Positions 13,201-28,200 of a stretch of DNA of 64,000 nt are shown here, in pieces. Below the pieces are notes generated by a model. The model was not told where the DNA came from. It saw only the letters and a program-made list of their open reading frames with translations, and made no database searches. This DNA is from Strigamia acuminata (lineage: Eukaryota), in contig OX442314.1 in assembly GCA_949358305.1 (NCBI GenBank), positions 28,644,001 through 28,708,000 on the forward strand, in the 5' to 3' direction. Numbering within the stretch: the stretch's first letter is position 1; each line of letters begins with the position of its first letter. The position numbers and the translations under genes are program-made.

Positions 13201-16200
13201 TTTAATTAAGGAGAATTAGTTTGCGTACCGTTTATCTGGATGTTGATAACGGCCTGGTCTACGCCGAGCTCGTTTTCGGCGTAAATCGTGTACGGTCCGC
13301 TGTCCAGTTTGGCCACGTCGCGGATAATTAGGACGGCGTGTCGTTCCTTGAGTTCCACGTGGTAATGACCGCCGCTTTCGATTTCTTCTGCGTCTCGGCT
13401 CCACTTGATTCTTGGTCTCGGGTTGCCGGTGAAAGGGATTTTAACTGTGATGTTCTCTCCCTTGTCAAAGTACGCCATTTCGCGGAACCGCGGTGGAACT
13501 CGGATCTTCGGAGCAGCTGAAGAAGGAAAAGCATAAAAATTAAAACAAAGATAGAGAGCTTAAGATTTGCATTTATCACCGAAAGGACCCATATTTGGCA
13601 TTATTTCGCTTAAAGAGTTCACAATTTTGGTAAAAAGTGGATTTTGCTTATACAAAGAGGCTTGATGGGTCTAAAATACGGTAATGCAGTTTTGAGTCTA
13701 AAATATGTATCTGCATCGTTGGGTCCATATATTGCATTTTTTGGTCTAAAAATTGAATTTATTCATCTAAAAAGGGCATTTTAGGTATAAAATATGCATT
13801 TCTGGGCATTAAATGTATAGTTCTGAATATTAAATATGCGTTTTGGCCTAATAGGTATTTAAAACTGCATATTTTAGCCTAAAAGATATAAAACTGCATA
13901 TCCTGGCCTAAAAGGTATAAAACTGCATATTTTGGCCTAAAATTTGTTGAAAAGTCTAAAAAGTGCTTTGCAAAGTCTAAAAAGTGCTTTGAAAAGTCTA
14001 AAAAGTGCTTTGAAAAATCTAAAAAGTGCTTTGAAAAGTCTAAAAAGTACATCTTAAGTCTAAACGTTCATTTTTTAGCCTAAAAAAATGCACTTTTTGG
14101 CCTAAAAAATGCACTTTTTGGTCTCAAAAATGCAATTTTTGGCTTAATAAAATGGACGACTACGATCTAAAAAGTGTACATTCCGAGCCTCAAAACGTAT
14201 TACGTATAAAAACTTCACTTTTCCTTCAACCAATTATTATTTCCAATTAACCCACTTACTCTTGATTGTCAATTCCGCTCGTGAAGTCCTCACGCCACCC
14301 CTGTTGGCCGCGCGACACACATATTCATCCGCATCCTCGCCGAACACTTGATGTATGGCCAGCGTGTACAAATCTCCTTCCTTGAGCATTTGGTACTTAT
14401 ACCCGTGCGAGATCTCCCTCAATCCCTTATACCAAGAGATTTCCGGCGCAGGGTTGCCCACCACTCGGCACTGCAATTGCGCAGCCTTGTTCTCGACGGC
14501 CATCACCGGCTTCAACTGTTGAATGAACTCCGGCGGCTTCGCGGCGTGCGGATCCACGATTTTAATGGACGATGACGCGCACGAAGGTTCGCTCAATCCG
14601 GCCTCGTTGGCCGCGAACACTCGGAACTCGTACTGGCGGTCTTCGATCAAATTACTGATATTAATTTGCGTCGTCAGGCAATTGTAATGGTTGGCCTTCT
14701 GCCACGTCTGCATGCCGGCTTCTCGCTTCTCGATGTAGTAACCGGTTATTCGTGACCCGCCGTCTCTTTCTGGCTTGTCCCACTCCAAATTGACGAAATC
14801 ACCCCCGATTTCGGTCACTTTGGGGATCCCTGGAGGACCCGGAGGATCTTAAAGCACAAAAAGATGAAATAAGATTTATTTTAACCCTTCCAACCCTGAG
14901 ATGGGTCATTTTGTGACCCCGTTTTAAAAAAATCATTTTTTTTATAACAAATAAATTTTTTTTTTATCTGATTTTTGCTGACTATTCCTTTGAAACATCA
15001 CTAGACACCATACCACAGTTGAAATTTTTTTAATTTTTTAAGTTTTTCTGTAATTTGAACTCAAAGTTTAACTGGGTCAAAAAAGACCCATCTTAGGAGT
15101 CCAAAGGTCAAAAATTATGATCATCAGCAGGCTCCGCTAATGTCAATCATGTCCACCACGTCCATATGGCGTTCACTACATGAATAGACAATCTAACCCC
15201 ATTGGCTAGATGTTCGGAATTCCCTAAAACCCGGATTTTGCGCATGCGCAGAATCTGGGTCATATAATGCCCATCTTAGGGAGAGATGGGAAACAAATTC
15301 TTTCGGGTTGGAAGGGTTAAAGGCAGTGGCTATTTTAATAACGCGATATTATTGGTTGAGTTCTATTGACGTCGGTTCGTTTCCTCCAAGCACGTTTTCT
15401 CAAAACGATGTTTTTTTCTTCTACGCCTGCCTCCCCCTTGACCCCCCCCAAACCTACATTCAGTGTTGTATCTCGTTCACCAAATCGCGAACTAGTTCAA
15501 GTTCGCGTTCGTCACCGTGTGAACTAGTTCTAGTTCTAATTTCATCTAAATCACAATGCATCTCTCAACCAATCACAGCGAGTCATGAAAATAATACGTT
15601 CATGTCGGACATGACTTTGTATTTTAAAACGATAAATTCATTCCTTAACGTACCGAACGGTAATTTGGCTTTGATGGGATTGATTCCTTCTAGCGGTACG
15701 CTGTAACCGTTCTCGTTGACGGCAAACACGCGGAACAGATATTCCTGGTTCTCGGTTAACCCTTGAACGATGAACATTGTATCCTGAAAAGATATAAATA
15801 AATAAATAATTAAATAAATAAATAAATAAATAATTAAATAAATAAATAAATAAATAATTAAATAAATAAATAAATAAATAATTAAATAAATAAATAAATA
15901 AATAAAACCAAAATTATGTTGCTACCACCTAACATTAGAGAGTTTGCGGGATGCATTTTTCCCTTATTTTTCTCTACGTTACACTATTTTAGTGCCATAT
16001 CGTAAGAGAAAATTCTTTAGTGTATCGTTTTCAACACTAAATTAAAATATAGCGCAGCCAATCAGAATTGAGAACACTATATTGTTAGCTCCGCCCATTG
16101 CAAATGGCGATTATTTTGTTGTCCCGATCAAACACATCACAGTCACAGGTATGTAGATTGAATGATACGTGAGGCCCAAAATTGAATTTTAGGCCCAAAA

Positions 16201-19200
16201 CCATACTTTATAGGCATAATAATGGAATTTTATGCAGAAATTTGCACATTTACGTCCCCAAATTAAATTTTTAGGCCCAAAATTACTAACTGTCAGTAGT
16301 TGGCTGAAATAGGGTAGTGATAAGGGAAAAGTGGAGCCCGCAAAAACTTAATTTATCATTTTTCCCTTACACTATTTTTATACCGTACAGTGTTTAACTG
16401 TAACGGAAAAATGCATCCCGCAAACTCTCTATTAGCGTGTACAAAACTACTTAAAACTGTCTAAAGACCGCACATTAATTAAATTTGCTTACTTTACACA
16501 TGGTCGTAGCAATGACCCATAGCGCGGACGTGATGTCCTTCCTTTCCACCACGTAATGGGTGACTCTGCAGCCTCCGTCGAACGCGGGTGGCTTCCACGA
16601 TAAGGTGGCCATGTGTTTAGTCACGTCACTCACGTTCAGGGGTCCCTGAGGAGGACCAGGAAGACCCGTGATAGAAACGGTGAAATCGGCCTCGTCTTTG
16701 CCGCTGTCGTTTTTCACGACGATTCTATATCTGCCCGCGTCGCTCTTCTTGATTTCCTTTATAAACAGAATGACATAATCGTCGAACACCGTGAACTTGA
16801 GGTGCGGGTCCTCGCCGATGGGAGCGCCGTCCTTCAGGAACTTGACGCCGAATGGCTCGGTGCCGCTGAAGTAAATCTTGATCTTCACGTTGTCGCCTTC
16901 GGGGTACGACAAATCACCGGGTAGTCGCTCGATTTTAGGTGGCGCTGTAGAACAAAATTTAATTTTATCCAATTTAATTTAATTATATATTTTTCTTTAC
17001 TTGAAATTCGTAGACGAGCGCAGGTGGTTTCGGAGCCGACCGCATTGGTCGCGTGGCAGGTGTATTCGCCTTCGTCCGATTCCCAGATTTCGGTGATGAC
17101 TAGTTTGAATACGCCGTTCGATTCGGTGATTTTGGTTCTGTTGCTGTGGAGAACCGGAAGTCCGTTTTTGTACCATCGACCGTTCGGCATCGGCTTGCCT
17201 TTGGCCTCGCAGTCGAACGTTACCGACGTCTTCAAACTCACGTATTTTGTCACTAGTGTGCGGATGAATTCTGGTTTCTCTCCGTCTGGAAATAGATCGA
17301 ATTGGAATTAGAGTTGCAAACCAAATGTTGATGTTCAAAAGGTTTTTTTTTTAAAAAAAAATCGCATCGGGCTAAGAAGCAACCCCCGATGTTTCACTGC
17401 AGAGCGAGATGCTTCACTGCATAGCGAGATGCTTCACTGCAAAGCGAGATGCTTCACTGCAAAGCGCGATGCGATTTAATATTTTTCAGATAAATTTCCA
17501 ATGTTTTAACGTTAAATGATGGATGTCTTCGTGGTTTTTACACAACATTTCCACGTTTTTTATGCTTTACTCAATATTTGCTCAGGTTATGTTGTTTTTA
17601 CCCATTTTCTCATTTTTTGACAACTTACCAACAACTTCGCAGACTTTGATGGGCGTGCTGCATTGACTCGGTTCACCTTTCCCATTTGCATTAAGAGCGA
17701 ATATTCTGAATTCATAATTCCCATTCTCGATCAAACTCATAACAGTGTACTCGCGATCTTGAACATTGTAATCATTCGCCTTGATCCAAGCGATGTTGCC
17801 AACTTCCCTCTTCTCGATGTAATATCCGGTGATTTTGCTTCCCCCGTCCGTTCGCGGCGCGTCCCACTTCAGATCCACGTAACTCTTGCCCACTTTGACC
17901 ACGGTCGGCGTCCCGGGCGGACCGGGCACGCCCGACTTCGTCCTCAGCTTGAACGTGGCCGTCGGAGGGCTCGGTTTGCTGAACCCTGCCGCGTTCTTCG
18001 CCTTGATGCGGAACTCGTATTCGCAACCCAGGGTCAGCCCGTGGACCGTGAACTGCGTTTCCTTCATCAATTGTTCGTTGCCCGTTCGCCAGTGAGCGTC
18101 CGACGGTTCGCGGTACTCGACGCGGTATCCTTGGATTTTGCTGCCTCCGTCGCTGGTTGGTCGGTTCCAGCTCAGGTTTACGGAGGTGTCGTTCCAGTCG
18201 GTGATTCTCGGTTGACCGGGTGCGTCGGGCACATCTAGAAATTAATTTTTTGGTTATTATTAATTTTTTTTTTTTTATTTTTTTTTAAAATTTTACTGAA
18301 TGGGAATTTGGCGGTGATTAGTTTGTCGAGGTCTAGCGGGTCGCTTAGTCCGTATTGGTTCTCGGCGCGGATGCGGAAGTTGTATTTTTTGTTCGGCTCC
18401 AGACCGATCACGTCGTAATGGCAGGTTCGAACAAAACTGCTCATTTTCGTCCACGTCTTTGAGTTTTGATTATGAAATAAACATTCATTAGTTTTTGGTG
18501 ATTAAAAAGTTGGAACGGTTTAAAAGGCTACGATTTAATGCTGCAGGTCAAAGAGTTGTGTCAAAAGTTTAAACGGGAGAAAAAATATTTTAAACTAATA
18601 AAAGAATATTTTTTATATTTTTCAGTACGATTATGTTCTTTATTTCTCCCAAAAAATTCTCAAATAGTGCTAATTTTACTTAAAAAATGCTAATTTTACT
18701 TTAAAAATGCTAATTTTACTTAAAAATTGCTAATTTTACTTAAGAATTGCTAATTTTACTTAAACATTGCTAATTTTACTTAAACATTGCTAATTTTACT
18801 TAAAAATTGCTAATTTTACTTAAAAATTGCTAATTTTACTTAAAAATTGCTAATTTTACTTAAAAATTGCTAATTTAATTTAAAAAACGCTAATTTTACT
18901 TTTAAATATGCTAATTTTACTTAAAAAATGCTAATTTTACTTAAAAATGCTAATTTTACTTTTAAAAATACTTACTTTACTTCAAAAATGCTAATTTTAC
19001 TTCAAAAATGCTAATTTTACTCGCAAATGTGTACAATCGTGTATATAGGAAAAAAACGACAATTTTTTTTGTCCACGATCGTACATTTTTCTGAGAATTC
19101 CTCTTTTTCATAAAATACGTGAAAAATGACCAAGTAAATTTAGTTTGTATTCCAAAGTCCCATCCCTTTAATTACAATATAGCCTTTAAATTCAGTTCCA

Positions 19201-22200
19201 CAACGAATAAACTACTAATCTTCGAATTACCTTCGTATTTGGATCGAGTTTCTCCACAACATAATTCGTGATAACGCTTCCACCATCGTCCATTGGCGGT
19301 CTCCAAGAGAGAGAACAAGTCTCTGGCGTGATATCATAAACATCCAAAGGACCGGTCGGTGGACCGGGCTTATCTAAAAACACAACAAAAAAAACACTTC
19401 TCAATACCCAAAAAAACGAAACAAATGACAAAAAGCGCCTTACCAACGACTAAAACACGACAAGTAACACTATCAAACCCTTCGTTGTTCGACAATCGAA
19501 TTGTATATTTTCCAGATTCGTCTCTCCTGGCGCATTTATTAGTAAACGTTGCCCCGGCGATGTTAAAACCGAATATAATTCGCTCGTCCGAATAAACCTC
19601 GAGTCCATTCTAATAAAAATCGACAGATTTTAATTAAACGTCCACAAATAAAAATAAAAATTGAACTCACAAAGGTCCAAACGACTTTTGGTTTCGGATT
19701 GGCGGTGAACGGAACGTTGATGTTGAACTCTTCTCTCGCCAGGACGATTATGTCGCGAATGGTCAAATCGCCGCTGATCTTTGGCGCAACTGCAACAAAC
19801 AAAATCCATTTTCAATATCTATATTTTTTTGGTATCAATCGAATGATTTGAGATAATACATGGTGGGGGTCGGGCAAATATGCCGTCCGAATTCGAACTC
19901 CAGGCACCGGCACCGGCGGCATTGTAGGCGCAAACGCGGAATTCGTATTCGTGGTTCTCAGTCAATCCAGTGATGCGGTAATTCAAATTAGCCACCGTTT
20001 GAGGACACGCTTTGGTCCATTTGTCGTCGCCGACCTGTCAAAGTAAACCAATCAACAATCATTTTAATAAATATCAACGTTTGCAACAATATTTCGGTAA
20101 AAATTAAAGAAATACATTGTTGAGTATATAAAATGGCTTAAATCGGCCTAAAATGGCTTAAATCGGCCTAAAATAGCTATAATCTGCCCAAAAACTCATT
20201 TTGTGTCTAAAATTGCAAAAAAATGGCATTTTTTGTCCAAAATTGCACAAAAATGACATTTTGTGTCTAAAATTGCATTATAAAACCTTTTATAATCTAA
20301 AAATAATATTTTCTTGCATAAAAATGCCGTTTTTTAAACTAAACATCCATTTTTACGTCTGCAATTGGCCTAAAAATCTTAATTTCATGCCCACAAACGC
20401 ATATTTTCTCTAAACACCCTACGAAAAAACACAAAATCAATCAAAACTTACCTTTCTCTTTTCAATGCTATATCCCGTTACCGCGCTTCCACCGTCATTG
20501 CGCGGTTTCGTCCAAGTGATCGTAATCGCATCCTCACTCGTCTCAATCGCGCGCGGAGTTCCCGGCGGACCCGGTGGATCTACAACAACAACAAAAACCC
20601 ATCAACAAACTCCCAAAACCACCACAAAAATCCCCAAAAAATACCAAACGGATGCCTGGCCCTAATGGGCTCCGAAGTGACCGCAGGATCACTCGTCCCG
20701 TACATATTCTCAGCCATCACGCGGAAATCGTACTCCCTTCCAACCGTCAAATTGCGCACCCGAATTTGATTGCCCGTGCAATAACTCGCCACCTTGATCC
20801 AAGCGCTCGTCCCAACCTCCTGCCTCTCCACCACATAATTCGTCACGTCGGCCCCGCCGTCGTCCTTCGGCGGCTGCCACCTCAACGTCAGCGAATCCCC
20901 CTCGATGTCCTGCCCGCTAATATTCTCCGGCGGCGCCGGCCGATCCAGCACTGTGACCCGGCAACTCACGGTGTCAAACCCAGACTTGTTCTTCAGATAC
21001 AACTTGTACGTTCCCGTGTCGCCCCGCTTCGCCTTCTCCGTCGCCAACAACACGTTCTTATCGGTCACCCGCGACGTAATCCTCGGATCCTTGTCCGTGA
21101 CTTCCTTCCCGTTGTTCGTCCACTCAGCGACCGGCAGCGGGAAGCCGGTGAACGGCAAATTGATGGTGAAGTCCTCGCCGGCCCTCACGGTGATGTCCTT
21201 GAGACCCGAGGTGTCGATGCGAGGTTTGTCCGGCTGATCTTCGACCAGAACCGCCTTGGACGGTCTGCTCGGCTCGCTTTCGCCGACGTCGTTGACCGCC
21301 ACCACTCGGAATTGGTATTCCTCGCCCTCCGTCAGCTTGGGGACCGTGAACGAGAGGTCCGCCGTCGGCACGGTGTTGACCGGATCCCAGCCGGTGGCGC
21401 CCTTGGGTTTCTTCTCCACGAGGTATCCTTGGATTTTGCTTCCGCCGTCATTCGGTGGTTTGTTCCACGAGATCGTCACGGAATCGCGCGTGATTTTGTC
21501 CACTTTCGGCGCGTCCGGTGAGTCCGGTGCGACTGGATGGTCAAAAAATAAACAAATTATTATTAAAATCATTTTTTTTGGGGGAGATTTTACATTTGCG
21601 GTCTTTGGCTACGACCGGTTGAGTCGGTCTGCTGGGTTTGCCCGGTCCGGCGTCGTTCACCGCCAGAACCCGGAATTCGTATCGTCCGCCGCTTGTCAGT
21701 CCGGTGGCCGTGAATTGCGTGCCGGGCGTCGGCGAATTGTTCACTTTGACCCAATCTTCGCCGCGTTCTCGCTTTTCGATCAAGTATCCGGTCACTGGTC
21801 GCCCGCCATTGTTCTCGGGCGGCGTCCATTGAAGACTCACCGACGAAGAGTTGTAATCGGTCACTTTGGGTTGTCCCGGTGCATCGGGAGCATCTAAATA
21901 TAAAAATATATAAATATATAAATAAATAAATAAATAAATTTTTATACCAAATGGATTCTTTGCGATGACCGATCTTCCTTCGAGCGGTTCGCCGACCCCG
22001 TACATGTTTTCGGCGGCGACGCGGAACATGTAATGTTTTCCCTCGTCCAAGCCCTTGACGGTGAAATTAGTGGACGGACAATATCCGCCTACGGGGCTCC
22101 ACTTGTCGGTGCCGACTTCGCACTTTTCTACGACGTAACCGGTCACCTCGGACCCGCCGTCGTCAGCGGGCGGTTTCCAATTCAAGGTGACGCTGTTGCT

Positions 22201-25200
22201 CGTCACGTTGTCGTAGTGGAGCGGGCCTTGCGGGGCGCCGGGTTTATCTGTGGGGTGAAATTGGTTTTGATGAGTTTGGTGATGGTGTTGATTTGGAAGT
22301 TTCGTCTTACCGAGCACGATGACTGTCAGGTCGCCAGCATCGCTGCCGAAGGCGTTGGAAGCGGTGATTGTGTATTTTCCGCTGTCGTCACGTTGCGAGA
22401 TGGGGATGTGCAAGGTGGCCATGTCGTCTGTTGTTGTTGTCTGGGAAATTAGATAGTGGAAAATTTTGGGGAATTCAATATTTAAAATTTGTATTTTCAA
22501 ACAAAAGTCAGCAATTCTAAACAGTCAAAGGTAAAATTTCAATTTTTAACAAAAAAAATAATACATCCAAAATTGTCAACAATAATGTTCAAATTTAGAA
22601 TTGTCAACAATAATGTTCAAATTTAGAATTGTCAACAATAATGTTCAAATTTAGAATTGTCAACAAGAATAATGATAAGAAAATTTACAAGAAAAATTCA
22701 AACTTTAAATTTTCAACAAGAAAGATTACTAAAAAAATTTTGAATTTTCAAGAATAAAAAATTGCAAGAAAAATTTAAATTTTGAATTCTCAACAAGAAA
22801 CATTCAAAATTTGAATTCTCAACAAGAAAAATTCAAAATTTGAATTCTCAACAAGAAAAAATCAAAATTTGAATTCTCATCAACAAGAAAAATTCAAATT
22901 TTGAATTCTCAACAAAAAACATTCAAAATTTGAATTCTCAACAAGAAAAATTCAAAATTTGAATTTTCAAGAATAAAAATTGCAAGAAAAATTCAAAATT
23001 TGAATTTTCAAGAATAAAAATTGCAAGAAAAATTCAAAATTTGAATTTTCAAGAATAAAAATTGCAAGAAAAATTCAAAATTTGAATTTTCAAGAATAAA
23101 AATTGCAAGAAAAATTCAAAATTTGAATTTTCAAGAATAAAAATTGCAAGAAAAATTCAAAATTTGAATTCTCAACAAGAAAAAATCAAAATTTGAATTC
23201 TCAACAAGAAACATTCAAAATTAGAATTCTCAACAAGAAAAATTCAAAATTTGAATTCTCAACAAGAAGCATTAAAAATTCAAAAATCACACAGGTACCT
23301 CCATTCTATTAGATGGTGCCATCGATTTGCCCTCCTTAGCCCAATCGATGGTCGGTATGGGCGCACCGGATATCGGCACATTGATCGTGAGTGGCTCTCC
23401 AGCCCGAACTCTAATCGTCTTTCCATGAATGCCTTCCAAATGAACTTTAGGTTTCTCTTTCATAGGTTTAGCGTCGATCGGTCGTGACGGATCGCTCGGA
23501 TCACTGCACCCGGCCGCATTACGTGCTATTACGCGGTATTCGTATCGGTGGCTGTCAGTCACCCGATCGTCGTCGAATTCGGTTCCCTGCACCGGAGATC
23601 TATTGACGCGAACCCAACGATTGGCTTTAGTGTCACGTCGTTCGACGTCGTAACCAGTGATCGTCGACCCGCCATTGCGCGCGGGCGGCGACCATTTAAT
23701 TTTAATGTGGTCTCGACTCGCGTCAACCGCTTCCGGTGTCCCAGGCTTACTCGGAACGTCTAAACAAAAATCAAACGAATAATATAAACATTTTTGTTTT
23801 AGATTTTGATGAATTTATTGTTTACCGAATGGATTCTTCGCCAAAACGGGTTTCGTTGTTGTCAATGGTTCGGAGGTTCCCTGACTGTTTTCGGCCATAA
23901 CTCTGAATTCGTACTGAGTGCCTTCGATCAATTTCGGCACGACGCATGAAGTCGATTTCGGATCCACGTACACGACTGCTGGAACCCATCCACCACCGTG
24001 CGTCACATCGCGCTTCTCAACAACATACGCACTAAAAATTATTATAAAAAAAGTCATCTAAAAGTCATAAAAGTCATTTAAAAGTCATAAAAGTCATAAA
24101 AGTCATTTAAAAATCATAAAAATCATTTAAAAATCATAAAAATCATTTAAAAACTATAAAAAGTCATAAAAATCATTTAAAAATTATAAAAAGTCATAAA
24201 AATCATAAAAAGTCATAAAAATCATAAAAAGTCATAAAAATCATAAAAAGTCATAAAAATCATAAAAAGTCATAAAAATCATAAGAAGTCATAAAAATCA
24301 TAAAAAGTCATAAAAATCATAAAGTCATAAAAATCATAAAAAGTCATAAAAATCATAAGAAGTCATAAAAATCATTTAAAAATCATAATTAGTCATAAAA
24401 ATCATTTAAAAATCATTTAAAGTCATAAAAATCATTTTTAAAAAATTAATTTTTTCATTACGTGACTTCACTGCCTCCGCTGTCCTTAGGTGCCTTCCAC
24501 GAAAGCGCCACGCTGTCTTTATTCACATCGGACACCTCCAACGGTCCCTCTGGCGCGGCAGGTTTGTCTAAAACGATCACCTTGAAGCTGCCTTCGTCCG
24601 CCCCGTGCTCGTTCTTCAGCTTGAGCGTGTAATTTCCACTGTCGCTACGCTGCGCATCGACTGTATGGAGAACCGTGTGGTCGCCAATAGTGCTGATGGT
24701 GGTGCGGAGCCCCGATTTCAATTCCTTGTCATCAATGAACCACTTAACCTCCGGTGTCGGTTCGCCGACGAACGAAATGTCCAAATTGAGGATGTTTCCC
24801 GCTTTGATCTTGATTTCCTTGAGCGGAGTCGTGATTTTGGGCCCCACTAGAAGACAAAAATGTAAAACAAAATTGATTTTGGTTAAAATAAATTTAATTT
24901 AATTACGGCGTCGTGGTCTGGCGATGACCGCATCCGACGGTTCGCTCGGCTCGCTCGATCCGGCCGTGTTTTTGGCGATCACTCGGAATTCGTACTCGGT
25001 GCCTTCGACCAGGTTGGGAATTGTTCCTTCGGTTTTGCTGGCCGGCACATCGACAGCGTTCACCCAGTTCGGGCTGCTGCGCTCTTTCTTTTGGATGATG
25101 TAACCGGAGATCGGTGCGCCGCCGTCGGCTTTCGGTGCGGTCCATTTGATATCCACGTGATCTTTATCCCAATCTGTAATTTGGGGTCTGCCGGGTGCGT

Positions 25201-28200
25201 CCGGTTCGTCTAAAAAACAAAACAAAATTCAATCTCAAACTAAGCACTGTAGCACTTTTTAGCAATTAAACTAAAAAATTAGCATTTAAATTAAAAAATT
25301 AGCATTGTAACTAAAAAAATTAGCATTTTAGACCAAAAAATTAGCATTGTAACTAAAAAAATTAACATTGTAACTAAAAAAATTAGCATTTTAGACCAAA
25401 AAATTAGCATTTTTGACCAAAAATTAGCATTTTCAGACCAAACATTAGCATTTTAGACCAAGAATTAGCATTTTAGACCAAAAATTAGCATTTTAGACCA
25501 AAAATTAGCATTTTAGACCAAAAATTAGCATTTCAAACCAAAAATTAGCATTTTAGACCAAAAAATTAGCATTTCAGACCAAAAATTAGCATTTTAGACC
25601 AAAAAATTAGCATTTTAGACGAAAAAATTAGCATTTTACATTTTAGACCAACAAAATAGTATTTTAGACCAAAAATTAGCATTTTAGACCAAAAAATTTG
25701 CATTTCAGTTTAAAAATGCCACTTTGAAGCGCTGTTAATAGTTTAGTAACGTCATTACCGTATTTATTTTTAGCAATGGTTCCCGTCGTCGTCTCCAGTC
25801 CGTCCGACTCCCCAATTTCATTTACAGCCTTCACCCTAAACATGTACTCCTTCTTATGTATCAACTTGGTGACATCTTTCGTGCACCTAGTCGTAGTCCC
25901 AGCTTCCATCCACGTCCCACGCTTCACGTCCATCTTCTCAACCAAATAATGGATGATCGGCGACCCGCCGTCGTCCTTCGACGGCATCCACGAAACGGTC
26001 GCGGACTCCTTGGTCACGTTCGTCACCAGCAGCGGACCTTCGGGCACCGACGGTCGATCCAGCACCGTCACCTTGGCCGAAGCGCTGATCTCCCCTCTTG
26101 AGTTCTTCAACGTCAGCGTGTATTTCCCGGAATCCGTCCGCAGTGAAAACCCGATATCGAACGTCGCCTTCTGCTCGATTATCATGATATCGATTCTCGA
26201 CGAAGGCGACACGGATTTGTCGTCCACGCTCCACATCACACTCGGCAGCGGCTCGCCCTTGATGGGGACCGCGAAACTGATCGGCTTGCCCACGCGAACC
26301 TTCAGGTCCTTCAACGCGGCGGTGTCCACCGACGGAGCCACTAAAAATGAAAATATCGATTAATATCGAAAAAAATCGATTAATATAAAAAAAAATCGAT
26401 TAATATCGAAAAAAATCAATTAATATCGAAAAAAATCGATTAATATCGAAAAAAATCGATAAATATCGAAGAAAATCGATTAATATCGAAAAAACGATTA
26501 ATATCGAAAAAAATTGATTAATATCGAAAAAATCGATTAATATCGAAAAAATCGATTAATATCAAAAAAATTGATTAATATCGAAAAAAATCAATTATAT
26601 CGAAAAAATTCGATTAATATCGAAAAGAATCGATTAATATTGAAAAAATCGATTAATATAAAAAAATCGATTAATATCGAAAAAAATCGATTAATATAAA
26701 AAAAATCGATTAATATAAAGAAATCGATTAATATCGAAAAAATCGATTAATATCGAAAAAATCGATTAATATCGAAAAAAATCGATTAATATCGAAAAAA
26801 TCGATTAATATCGAAAAAATCGATTAATATCGAAAAAATCGATTAATATCGAAAAAATCGATTAATATCAAAAAAATTGATTAATATCGAAAAAAATCAA
26901 TTATATCGAAAAAATTCGATTAATATCGAAAAAAATCGATTAATATTGAAAAAATCGATTAATATCGAAAAAAATCGATTAATATAAAAAAAAATCGATT
27001 TATAAAAAAAAAATGTTCACTATATCGTTGTTTGGCGATGACGGATTTCGACGGATCGCTCGGTTCCCCTTTGCCGGCCTTGTTGACGGCCACGACTCGG
27101 AACTCGTACTCGTCTCCTTCCGTCAGGTTCGGCACGGTCGCCTTCGTGGCGGTTCCGGGAACCTCCGCAGCCTTTTCCCAGTTCGGACTCAGTTTGTTCT
27201 TCTTTTCTATTATGTATTTCTCGACCGGAGCGCCGCCGTCCCTTCTCGGGGGCCGCCATTCCAGGTCCACGTGATCCTTGTCCCAATCGGTGACTTCGGG
27301 TGTCCCCGGCTTGTCGGGCGCGTCTAAAAAATTAGCATTCAATTAATGATTGCACTTTTTGGTTGGTTTTGATGGGTTTGTGTACCGAATGGGTTTTTAG
27401 CCGTTACTGATTGGCTGGTGGTCAAAGGCTGGGACTCGCCCTGTCTGTTGACAGCCTTGACACGGAATTTGTAGTCGTGACCCTCGACCAGGTTGTCTAC
27501 TTTCATTTGCGTGCCGATGGCCTCGCCGACCGGGACCCACCGACCAGTTTCAGAGTCTAATTTCTCCACCGCGTAATGGTTGATGTCCGCACCGCCGTCG
27601 TCTTTTGGCGGGTTCCAGGAAAGCGTGCAGCCATCTTTGGTCACGTTTCCAACTTTGAGTGGACCTTCAGGAGCACTCGGTACATCTAGGTGATAAAAAA
27701 AGTATTTTTTAAACTAATTTGCACAATTATTTTATCTAATTTCGACCATTTTAATCAATTTCGACCATTTTTAACCAATTTGTCGACCATTTTTAACCAA
27801 TTTCGACCATTCTTAACCCCAATTTCGACCATTTTTAACCAATTTCGACCATTTTTAACCAATTTCGACCATTTTTAACCAATTTCGACCATTTTTAACC
27901 AATTTCGACAAATTTTAACCAATTTCAACCATTTTTAAGAAATTTCGACCATTTTTAACCAATTTCGACCATTTTTAACCAATTTCGACCATTTTTAACC
28001 AATTTCGACCATTTTTAACCATCTTCGACTATTTTTAACCAATTTCGACAAATTTTAACCAATTTCGACAAATTTTAACCAATTTCGACCATTTTTAACC
28101 AATTTCGACAAATTTTAACCAATTTCGACCATTATAACCAATTTCGACTAGTTTTTTAATATTTTAAAACAATTTCGACTACGGTATTTTCTTTTAACCA

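Noticed and set aside
20574..21897. Long plus-strand ORFs (e.g. 315 aa, 213 aa; also 60956-61819, 38352-38990, 43978-44607)
   Set aside because: Antisense shadows of projectin exons; they start and stop with the exons and have no recognisable motifs.
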